Shown here: positions 9,241 to 20,000 of the stretch, piece by piece | Layout: the number at the start of each line of letters is the position of its first letter | Position numbering within the stretch: position 1 is the first letter of the stretch | From: Catajapyx aquilonaris | Taxonomy: Eukaryota | Assembly (NCBI GenBank): GCA_000934665.2 | Contig: JYFJ02001558.1 | Coordinates: forward strand, 59,441 to 79,440 | DNA: 20,000 nucleotides | Direction of reading: 5' to 3' | The notes under the pieces: generated by a model | Database searches by the model: none | What the model was told of the DNA's origin: nothing | The model's input: only the letters and a program-made list of their open reading frames with translations | Program-made: the position numbers and the translations under genes

Positions 9241-12200
9241 CTGTAACGCAAACAAATTCCAGGTCAATTAGGGTATGGACATAAGTGTAGTCAGTCTTTA
9301 AGAATTAAAACGGAAGGGATTTATGTATGACAATAATATCATTAGTTTCTCCAGGATAATTGGCAACTTCACCTATACCGGTACCACCAATATTATATTA
9401 CCTTCACAATAGCTCCACAAGTAATAAAAGTTATATTGGGCTTCGCAATGCTGTGTTCGGATCACCGAAACTCAAAGGTCCGGAAACGTGTGACTTCCTG
9501 CCCTTTCGCAAAAATACAAGAAGCTCCGTAGTATTCATGGGTTTTGAACAGTAAATCGCCGGTGTCGCACAATCTGATGATAGAGGAAGGAACCGGTTCC
9601 TTTTTGTGGTTGGCATACAGTAAGCGTTGGAAATCCCCATTCAAGGGAGGGGACCAGAGCATTGTTGCGGTTCCTCGCATTCAATTAGGGCCCGTAAGTA
9701 GCAGCGTCATGGCCCCGCTGCTCTGCGGGTGGGCCTCCGCAGCTTGCACAACACAAATCTATGAGCACTGGCTAAATATTAATTCCAGTTTTGCTATCGA
9801 TACAACCACATGATCAATGCACCGTCGCACACTATTGAGCACTTCTCGTCAGCAATGAATTTATATGTGCACTTCAGCATCGCCAGACAGTTCTTTGCTC
9901 ATGAAACTTATGCATCCTCTCATGTTGATGTGGATGTATATAAGGGGACACGACGGATGCGTCATGTGTTATGGCTCTTTTAAATCTTTCATGTGAGTCT
10001 GGTTCCACTGAACATGACATTATTTAAAAGCGTAACGGAACATCTTTGTTTCTGATGGCTTGTCCAGATATTTCGGACAAGAAATGGCTTCAGTCTGACT
10101 AAACGCTTAGGAATTCGCATCGTATGCTGACAAAATGCAGCAGAGTGTAAGTTCATACTGCAAAGTGAATCATTTTATTCGTAGACGGACAAGCAGGATA
10201 ATTCCCGCGGACTATACAGTACAAGGTATTAATTTTGCAAATTATAATGATGCCATGTTTGTTTATGTGAATGATATGGAAGCATTGCATATTTTGTCAA
10301 CAGTAAAATATTTTAGGCTTTATATCTCCTCGAACAGGCACTTTCAATATACCCAATAAAGTGTTCAGTCACGCAAAGCTTTCTTTTTCAGTGTGTACCC
10401 AATCAGGAAGCAGAAATCTGCTCCGGTTGAGTTATTTCCTCCGGATTGGCAGGCCGAGAACAAATGACCTCTTCCATCTAAAGTATTCCAGAGAAAGTGT
10501 TACCTTATAACAGAGTAAAAACAAAAGCCCAATTTTTTCTGGTTTTGATAGCCAGAACTTGCTAAAAATACGTAGGATAACTACTGCATTCCTGCAAATT
10601 CATGCTACCTAGTAAAATTGACGGGAATCTAAATCCTGCGTGCAGAGTGTAAAAAGCCTGATGAATCAAGAAAGTAAAAAAAAAAAATCTCCAAGAACTT
10701 TGATTGCCTTTGTTAGTTTTTTGTCTGAAGTTTTACGCTTTGATTGTAAACGAAGGATATGTGATTTAGAAACGCCACAAAAACGAAGTGAGGATGATTC
10801 TACCACATCCATTTCAGAGAAAAGCATTGTAACATATGTCTAATAAATATTATATTTGAAACAGGGGGTGGACTCTATTTCTCTTTTTAAAAATATTCTC
10901 CCTTCTTTCATACTTTACTGCCACTTGCCCGTCTCATAAATCATACCTATTCTACAATTTCTGCAATTCACTTACAACACCTTTCGGAGAATGTAACACC
11001 TGAGATCCGTCTCTCATCCAACAGGAAAGCAGTATATGGATGGAGGCTGTAATTAGCACTTCTCAGCCTGTCATTCGGGTTTTACGTGCAAACGGATGTG
11101 AAGGATTGTGAAAATGAAGCCCGACTCATATACCATCTTTTTTAGTTCAAATTGGCATCAACAATAATGGACTTGGTTGCAGTAAAACCGCCTTTGAAAT
11201 AGGCAACCAACCCGCCTTATTTAATTAAAAATAAAATTGCATGTTGAATTAGTCTCTATGACTGAAATTTTATTACTAATTACTGTATTAGGTATGCTAA
11301 TAATATTTTTGGTCATTTTCCAGAAGCAATCGGATAGTAATAATAGACTTAGCTTTTCACATGTTCAGGTGATGTCAAATCATACATGTCACTATTACTT
11401 CTATGAGCACAATGTGACACGTATTCTAAATATAGTATAGCTATCCAATATAGAGCCTGTATATAGCCTACTAATATGGAATGGGCATGCATTCTATTAT
11501 TCAACGAATCTTTGCGTAGATAAACGGAGTGACAGGTGATTACATCATCAGATGAAGACAAACTCATTCAAGCAACAACTCAACTCTCCACAGAATAATG
11601 ATCCTTATCAATCCCACAGGATTCATAACTCTGCAGCTGGTCTTCCTTCACATATTTAAGAACTTGCTGTACTTTTTTTTGCTTCTGTCACTTGCTAGCT
11701 TGAGTATCATAATGCATTTGCAATGATGACACCATTACCAGGATGAGCATATTTTAACATTTTAGTACCAATTTGTGCCTGTAAATGATACTCGCCTGTC
11801 TAATTTTTTGCGCACGTCTGAAAAATTAATCCTTCTCTTAAGCCAACCTGATGATCATCAACGTGGGAGGTTTTCTGGAGCAACTTTTCTTCTAACCTGA
11901 TTGTGTGGGAATCACGCTGCAAAAATCGCAATTTTTCACTACTGATTTCAACTTCATAAGACGATGAAATCCTTCCAGTTCCACCCCCTACCCCATCATC
12001 CCCCCTTTTGAGTTCGTGAAAGGAATACTATTTTTTTCTTACAAAATTCAAGGTATAGTGAAGCTAGGTTGTAATGTCCAAACACTTCACGGCATAGTTT
12101 TAAATCTGAAATTCCATTACTCATGTCCAATAATTGGACTCCTACCCGATTCTGAAACCATCAGAGAACAAAAAGTGAATAGACCACCCAAAAAAGTGCT

Positions 12201-13242
12201 GCGTGTTTCCAGTTCCTGTCCGTCCATATTGGATGCTGACACTAAAGCAGTGTAATACATCCACATGAGGAATGTGGTTATGTTAATTTCCACGAGGCTC
12301 GAATGTAAATAAGAAGTGGCACCTAATTTTGCACACGGACAATTGATTCAAAGTACGGCAAGTACAGAGTAATTAATTTTTACGTCTAGGTTTGTTCAGT
12401 TAGAGTATTGTAATGAAATTATTACATAAATACTGCACTATACAGTGTAAAGTGTGGTCACTTCTTATCCAACCAGAAGTCGATCTGACTCATAATGATC
12501 AGTGGTAGCAATAATACACGTAAATAAATATAAAATAATGTCCTTCAGAACTGTACTAACTTGAAGGAAATGTTTCTATAAATGACAAAAAGTTTAAATC
12601 AATCAATTATCCGAATTTGTAAATTGATATGCATACTAATATCGCACGATTGTTTCATACATCTGAAAATGCTAAACTATTGTGTTTAGTATACAGCAAG
12701 TAATACTGTAATGGTCGAATGAAATTTGAACTTATTTCCAACCGTCCTTGCCCTTGGTACTCCAAAACATGCCTCATTAATTTATCGCCCGGCTTACTAA
12801 CAACATTTTTGCCGTGTCTGAAGTGTATTTGACGTGTCCACGAGACGTCTTTCTATTTACGAGCGTCTGCTGCTCGCGTCTAGCCACCACCTCTTTTTCA
12901 CATACACACACACGCACTCATTTCCAGCTTGGGGAAAAAAAGTGTCCTTTCGGGATTGTAGCTAGAGGCCCAATCGAAGGGTCTCCCTATGCCAAAACAC
13001 ACTTTGGCTCAAATGAATGATGCGTCCCTTTTTGGAATACGATCCTCTTTCACCACATTTCCTCGCAGACACATGAGGATATAGGCTGAGCTTCTTCAAA
13101 GTTCTCTCTATTTTAAGCAAATTTTAGCCTTTGTTTATTGGTTTTTTAAATGTAGTTACTAAAATTGCATTATAGACGTCGATAGCTACACAATTCACAC
13201 TCATTTACACTGTACAAATTAGTTATAGTTATAGACACTTAC
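9241..13242 (-). other. Wnt1: Wnt1 intron, 4002 bp, phase 1
   Basis: GTAAGT...ACAG. Splicing restores the continuous motif IVDRG-CRETAF. Confidence 0.93.
12182..12190 (+). promoter_or_regulatory. Perfect Ci/Gli consensus site GACCACCCA
   Basis: Exact 9/9 match within the 4-kb Wnt1 intron. Function untested. Confidence 0.45.
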
Positions 13243-13523
13243 CCCTGTCGACAATTTTTCCAAATAAGTTTTTGCCCCTCAGGAAGTCTTTAGTTGGGCA
13301 GTTCCACCGTCGGTTCTTGAATTGGTGCTTGCATTCTTGGATGGCATGCTTGGCACCTCTCGATATGGCTGACAATACGCCAGGGTTTTGTCGCACCAGC
13401 AGCCTCTGCTTTCTTCTCAAAGTCGACTGGACCACTGGTTCCATAAAGGCAGCATGTCCGAAAGAAGAGCTGCCCAATAAAGATGTCACTTGGTTGTTCG
13501 GTTCTCCTGCTTTGGCTATTCCC
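13243..13523 (-). CDS. Wnt1: Wnt1/wingless second coding exon (the first, signal-peptide exon was not found)
   Basis: Acceptor tttttttctcAG (13525-13524, phase 2) and donor G|GTAAGT (13242, phase 1). Encodes GIAKAGEPNN...STLRRKQRLLVRQNPGVL...ECKHQFKNRRWNCPT...GKNLFGKIVDR(G). GIAK.GEPNN and LFGKIVDRGCRE match arthropod wingless. Confidence 0.95.
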
Positions 13524-14968
13524 CTGAGAAAAAAATGCAAAAAAATAGATACTCACTTAAAAATTACATATTGCACATGTTACGAAAGGCAATCAGTTTA
13601 CATCATGAGTAAGTAGCCAGTAACGTATTTTTAGCCGCGACATACTCAGCTAACTCCAAAATTGCACACGTCCTTGAAATAAATTATCTCACCTATCAAG
13701 CTTCAGCAAAAAAATATTTTGAATATACTGTATACAAAATTGGCTTCACACCTGTCACCAATTAATATTCGGCTAAAAATACTTTAAAAATCCACATTAT
13801 AATACACAAATTGGCAAATATGCTTCTCAACACCTCATGATTTATAGCTCCGTCTGTGGCAAAATTACGACCACTTGTTCTACTTTAGGTGACCCGTGGC
13901 CATTCTCTGAATGCGTGTTTTCGCAACAATCTTGATTGGTGTGACCCGTGATCTAATTCGCCTGGCCAAGACGACCGCGTACACTGACGTCGGATCAAAT
14001 TTATATTCAAGTCCTCGGAGACTGTAATGTTATTCCAAGTTTTGCCTGGCACGCAGACAAAACAGGGAGTCCCTGAATTTGTCATCTGCAGGCATTTTTT
14101 TCAGGGGCGGGAGGGAGAAAATATGGCAATATTTTTTTAAAAAGTAGATGGAGGTCACTAGGCGAGACCTGGATGGGTAAATCTCAATCTTGTACAAGTC
14201 AACAGCAGACGTTTTGCCTTCGACTTCACGGAATAAGATGCAGGGTGGGTGGCACAATCCCAAAATTTTGCTCCCGACTTGATTTTATGGCTGGAATATT
14301 CCGTTTTATTACTGGCGTCAATTATGTTTGCTATTTACTCGCAGAATAAGCCCAATTGTTAGATTATTACTAGGATATAATGTATGAGGGCGGCAACAAA
14401 ATGCCTTGCCCTGTAGGCTATCTAATGACCGGTAGAGTCACGCAAGACAGTCCGCAACGTGATAAAATTCGAAGTGTCCCGAAATCAGGCAGGCCCAACT
14501 TGTCCAAATGCCTCCCAGAAGCCTCGGTAGACAACATTGACGCCTTTCCATCAAACAGTGTGGGAGACGTAGAGGCAAGCCATGCACGTCACGTCTCTTC
14601 CTCCCAAGAAACTGTCGCCATCCTCCAAAAGGAATCCACATGTTCTCCGAGTCATTTGTAACCTAGATGGTTATCGTGGAGGGATAGCTGGCTAACTACC
14701 TGGCTAGGGAGGACACTACACAATCGGCGCTTCATCACAGGAATGCAGCGATCAGGAAAAGATGAAGCTTCATGTACTCTCCCAAGAGCACAAAGGTCGT
14801 GGGGAACAGCCTCAGGCAGCCATCTTGTCCCCGTCCCTTTTCATGCCGTTGATTTATTCTAGCTGTTCCTTCCACTCATGGCCATGTCTTCATTTCCCTG
14901 CCACCCCCCACATCTCCTCCCAACCCATCTTACCCCTCCTTTAGTCTGAGCTTCTTCGTCTTCTGCCT

Positions 14969-14993
14969 CCCCCCCCCCCCCCNCCCCCCCCCC
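14969..14993. repeat. Poly-C tract containing an ambiguous base (N at 14983)
   Basis: Directly visible; the N may be an assembly junction. Confidence 0.95.
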
Positions 14994-16370
14994 TTCGTGC
15001 CTTCTCTCAAGCAAATTGTTTCATCAGCATCTTACAAAAGGGCACTATTGCCACTAATTGCGTCTCTTGGACATAAACATGGCAGATTCTACTTTCGGGA
15101 CACTTGCAAGTCACTCTGGAATTTTTGGGGAAAAAGTGCTGCTGGTGGACCCCTACTTTGCTCAAATTGGGGGATTGGTGGTCCACACGCATTAACAAGA
15201 GAATGCTCTGTGACGGCGTGTCGTTACAATGAGACTGTCGGATTTCAACGTCACGACTAACGCGATAATATTGAATTTCATTCGAGGGGTCTAAAGCGTA
15301 AACATAATTTTAAATCATTGTCCGTGGTGAAACTGTATAATGGCTTTGTTGTGCACCGGCATTAATTGCCCTGCTTCATTAGTGTACCAAATTCTACAAA
15401 ATAATATTGACAGTTAATTCACACTGGATGATTCGTCCGAACAGATTCTAACATTACAATCACGTTGCCAAGCTTATGTATAATGATAGTCATGCAATTT
15501 TGGTGCAAAATCACTACTTATCTTTTTACATTTTAGGTTAAGGGCATTCAGGTTACAACAATGTAACATGCTACACAGGTTTTACTGAGACACCTTCAAT
15601 CATCGGACGGTACACGCTCACAAAGTTTTCTTAACACTCATAATTAGATACTCGCCTATATTTTAACACAGGTCTTAGTACTCCGCAGCATAAAATTGCG
15701 TGCAATTACGAATTAGTGTACCCCAATTTTTAAGTGCCAAGCGAGTGAGAGGAACTTTCGCTGGGCTTTGGACGGCACCTGCGCCTTCCACTTCCTTGCC
15801 TTTGGCTCCAGCATCCATCACCCGTGACACCCCAGGTTAAACGGCCACTGCTGTAATATCACGGGAATTTTGATTTGTCTTATCTGACGTTGAGGCCTTG
15901 CTTTATTTTACAGCCCTTGGTATTTATGCTCATCCCTCTGAAGAATGGTGGCCCAGCACCAACTCTCTTCAGCCAGACTTTTGAATGCGGTGGACCTGCA
16001 GGCAGACGTGTCGTTCCTCCAACTTTCCATGTCTGTCATCGCCAGCCCAGATAAGACCCAGAGTTAGTTCAGTAGTCAGAAGGCATTGTGTGGCCACCGC
16101 ATTTCTTGTCTGAACCATGTGATTTACTGCTCTCTTACTTATGCCACAAACAGGCGAAACGTGAGTACATGCCATCTCAATGCGCTCACAAGAATTATGA
16201 TTTATAATTTTTTTTAAACTCTCCATGAGCCAATACAGCAACGGTTGGTTGAGTCTTCTTTTAGGTTCCCACCGCAATGCTGCCCGTAGGCAATGATGAC
16301 AACCTCCTGTATGTTTGGAGGGAGGTTATCAGGGGTGCGACACAATCGTCGCCTGATGAGTGGGTCTCGG

Positions 16371-16407
16371 AGGGGGGTCCAAGGGGTTCTAAGGGGGGTC
16401 CAAGGGG
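16371..16407 (+). repeat. Direct repeat AGGGGGGTCCAAGGGG x2
   Basis: Identical 16-mers at 16371-16386 and 16392-16407. Confidence 0.9.
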
Positions 16408-16728
16408 CTGATGGGGATAGAGGAGGCTAATAACGGAGAGACCCCAGGTTACGGGTCTATATACAAGGGTGGGGACAGGAGGAGGGGGGGGGGGAGAGGT
16501 AACAGGGGCTTATTTTCACTTTTACCAGCAGCCAAGGGGCCGAAAACGGTTCAATGGGAATCACTCCCGGTGTACTCCGCCTTTGAGCGGGGCGACCTGG
16601 GGACATTGTTGCCGTGTTTGTCGAATCAGGACTGGTATCTAAACATGTTATCGTGAAAAGTCGCTCGTGCTAGACTGCTTGGAGACTCAAATTAATCTCG
16701 GCACCGACACGACGCGACGCGACGCGGC

Positions 16729-16764
16729 TTTGTTTGTTTGTTTGTTTGTTTGTTTGTTTGTTTG
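16729..16764 (+). repeat. (TTTG)9 microsatellite, preceded by (CGACG)3 at 16710-16724
   Basis: Directly visible. Confidence 0.95.
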
Positions 16765-17007
16765 TTTTATTCACCACCGTGTACAGCAAAGTTACCACTG
16801 GCCACCAAACCCATTTAAATTTCATACAGTAAACTTATCAAACTTTTAGCAACATTTGCAAAAATAAATAAATAAAATATTTAAAATCAAAATCAACCCT
16901 TCGTGGCATAGGAATCGCAGGATAGCAATGTAGGGTTTTCTGTCCATACCTCTATAACTGCTATGATAAAAATACTGTATAATTATAATAAATTAAGACC
17001 GTCCCCG

Positions 17008-17052
17008 TAATAATAATAATAATAATAGTTATTATTATTATTATTATTATTG

Positions 17053-17120
<68 letters not shown>
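17008..17120. repeat. Compound microsatellite: (TAA)6 followed by about 30 TTA units with a TTG interruption
   Basis: Directly visible. Confidence 0.97.
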
Positions 17121-17122
<2 letters not shown>

Positions 17123-20000
17123 TACAATTTCAGCTAATAATGTTCAGTCAAAACAAATTTGACAATGGAAGTGGCGCTGAGTGCTGCAAACTTGTCAGTA
17201 TAGAGTACACATACCGGTACTGCAATGTTATTCATCCACTAAAAATAGCCGGAGTCGACCGTTCTGTCAGGCAACGTGGTGCATAGGATTGGCATGTCGG
17301 ACAGGCCTCCCAGAAATGTTGACAAAAGGCCCATGCTCTTTATGAGGAGGCTTTGAGTTCCATTTCGATGCAGTCAATCGAAGCGGCTAATTAGAATATA
17401 AAGTTGAGTCGGCAACGGACAGGGAAGGGAGGGGAGGGGGGGGGGGATCCACACAATCTCTAAGGAAAGGCAGCCTATTGTGTGCTCCGAAAGAAAAGGA
17501 TGCGGACGCTTCCCAACAAAACCATGCCGGGCTTTTCTTTTTCACCTGAACTCCTCGTTCTTTGAGGAATCAATTACCTTCCGCCGTAAAAATGCTTGCC
17601 TTGGGGAATTTTCCGTCTTTGCTCAAACTATCATCCGCTTTGTTTGACATCTCCTTAGCTAAAAGGCTGATGTGGATCGCGTGCCTCCTCGCTTCTGCAC
17701 TGCTCTCTGCAAATACCCATACCAGCAGGACAACTCTTTCCGGCCACGTGACTTTTCGCGATAGTTTTTAATGCGGAATGAAATGATAGGCCTATACGGG
17801 AAAATGATTCAACATGGTCAACGTCCAAATATTAACATATAACTTTAATGGTCATGGGAATATTATGCAGAAAGTCAAATTAAATGACAGGCCGAGATAG
17901 ATGATATTATTATTATATTAGAGAGTCAAAAGATTAATAATTTTACAACGATTTTAAGGGATGTTTAATACGTATGGTGGTGCGGACTTCCTTTTTCCCT
18001 TCTGATGTTTTGAATTGTGAGGAGTGATGGTAGTAGGTCTAGGCCTATAATCACCTTATCCCTATAATTGAATACCAGATTCACAGAGAATATCAGTGTA
18101 TTGCAATAAATTAGCAGGCTTCAAGACCTTCGCCTAATTTGTTATTCTGCACACTCTATAGTAGTACTCTGACGTCTGACCTGACTCAGATCAATTTCTC
18201 ACATACCGGTATTATCTCTTGTATAACATACCAGTTACGTAGTTCTGGTATTGCTTTTATGACAACCGCTTAGAAGTTTTAATTGGTGACGTAATTATTA
18301 AAATTTGAGCTGCAAGACTCCAGCAGTTATTGAAGATTGGAAATGCAGGACAATCATAAGCACATGTTGATATAGAATTGAGCATAAGGCATTGCATGAT
18401 ACTGTAGTTATTGCTTTCTGATGTCCAATTCGGTTTTCTGCAAGGTCACTATTTTACAGTCCTTTGCAGAGAATGCCTGAAAAAATGGACTCTAATGCAA
18501 TTTTTATCAAACTCTAGACCCTCGTATATATTGAAATTATAAATATATTGCGACTATATGATCGTTCCTGCATTTCAAGTGTTAAATTTTTGTGATCTTA
18601 CAAGGGAATTATTTTTCCCCAATCAACACCAACTTGCCAATAATTTGTGAGGCGATCAATTATTATCCGTAATTTATAATAGTAAGAGAAGATGAGGCCT
18701 CTTATTCTACCGGTACGCTATACTTTGTAATCATTAGACGCGGCAAAATTATGCAGTATAAGAAATGTACCAAAAATAGTTTCTCAAGAGGTTTGCTATA
18801 GCTCCCAAAATGCAGTTTATATCGATTCTGAAATGACTTTCAGTGGGAGAATTCCCATGCCGCCACACATTCTTCATCATTAAGTTTAGAAGTCAATTTT
18901 CTCAACAGGTCCAGATCCCAATATTTTTGGGGCGCGGTCCGCATGGTCCAATTTAGTTTCAGATTCTAATGCCGGAATCTATAACTCTCCGGCATATTGA
19001 CTGATCCAGTGTGCTTCTCACGACGTTGTCCTATATAACGATGAATTTTAACAAATTATAACAAGGTTGGCCAATACATATTTTTGGCGTAAAATACGAA
19101 ATGTTTCCGCGAAAGTACACCAGAATGCATTATTTTGCAGTATTTATTACATGCCAATTAACCGAAACGTTTCCATCGGAACAATGATTATTAAATTTGT
19201 AGGTATTAACGCACAACACCTTCATCTTCAATCCTGATTGCATCATACGACATTTTTCCATCTCTAACCGGGCAGAAAATTTACCTTCTGTAGCCCATAC
19301 CGCATAATTTATAATGATACAAATGCATCTGCATTAATATTTATAACGGTACTTGCATTTTTAAAACAAAATAATAATAAAGGCATCACCGTTGCATAAC
19401 AAAAATTTATTCCTCAATCTCCATGAGACATGTAGTATAACTACATTTTGTGTAAGCATGCCATCGCACAATATGAATGAGGTAAGCATCTCAACTCTTA
19501 AAATAACTACGCAAATTCAACCTTAATTAAACGATTAGGAATTTACGTAAGTTCAGCAGATCTTCCAAATAATTACGGTAGAGCCAGCGAAATGCATGCA
19601 ACATCCTACACGATTTACTTGCGCAACAACTTATATTTTCATGTCACAAAATATTACTCTTACTGAAATCATATCAAATGACGTAATGTTTCAGTTACTC
19701 TCCGCATCAGTCAAAAAGTATCAATATGTATGCTGCGCAACACCTATTTGCCACTTTTTTTCTGCAAAGTTGAGGACCACCCTTTGTCAGACTAATCTTC
19801 AGTTAATAAGCTGGGGCTTTGAAGCTGATTAACACACGACAGGGTTGAGACCAAGGTGGAGAGAAGAAGCTGTCCACCTTGACGTCAATCACAGTCTATC
19901 CTCCCCCCCTTCCCCTCTCCCTCCTTCTACCCCTTTCCCCTCCTCCCCAACACCTTTTTCCACACGACCAATTAGACACTCACTTTGAGTTGCTTCACTC

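Larger units (their letters stand above)
13524..20000 (-). other. Wnt1: Probable first intron of Wnt1 (>6.4 kb, continuing beyond the window)
   Basis: Acceptor at 13524-13525. Manual reading found no convincing upstream exon with a signal peptide ending in a phase-2 donor. Confidence 0.6.

Noticed and set aside
17050..17286. Poly-Leu ORF resembling a signal peptide
   Set aside because: It is a translation of the (TTA)n microsatellite and lies on the wrong strand for Wnt1.
16770..17730. Candidate phase-2 TG|GT donors for Wnt1 exon 1 (near 16775, 16796 and 17723)
   Set aside because: The upstream frames contain stops or lack a Met plus hydrophobic signal peptide.
1..20000. CRISPR arrays, tRNA/rRNA genes, transposase or reverse transcriptase ORFs, prokaryotic systems
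   Set aside because: No repeat-spacer pattern, RNA gene signature or such ORF was seen. The window is spliced animal DNA.

Overview
Eukaryotic (animal, most likely arthropod) genomic DNA containing two convergently transcribed, spliced Wnt ligand genes, both 5'-truncated here. On the + strand are the last three coding exons of a Wnt6 orthologue (280-396, 461-615, 679-1140; introns of 64 and 63 bp). On the - strand are three coding exons of a Wnt1/wingless orthologue (13523-13243, 9240-8963, 8338-7820; introns of 4002 and 624 bp). I could not find the signal-peptide exon of Wnt1, so it probably lies beyond 20000. The stop codons are about 6.7 kb apart, consistent with part of the known ancient Wnt9-Wnt1-Wnt6-Wnt10 cluster. 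The rest is non-coding: microsatellites, G/C tracts, several inverted repeats and candidate cis-regulatory motifs (Ci/Gli, TCF, Grainyhead/Runx/kappaB, Su(H), Pumilio elements). I found no evidence of a new protein-coding system. The best leads for something undescribed are splicing oddities in Wnt6, hairpin elements and putative enhancers, all of which are unvalidated.
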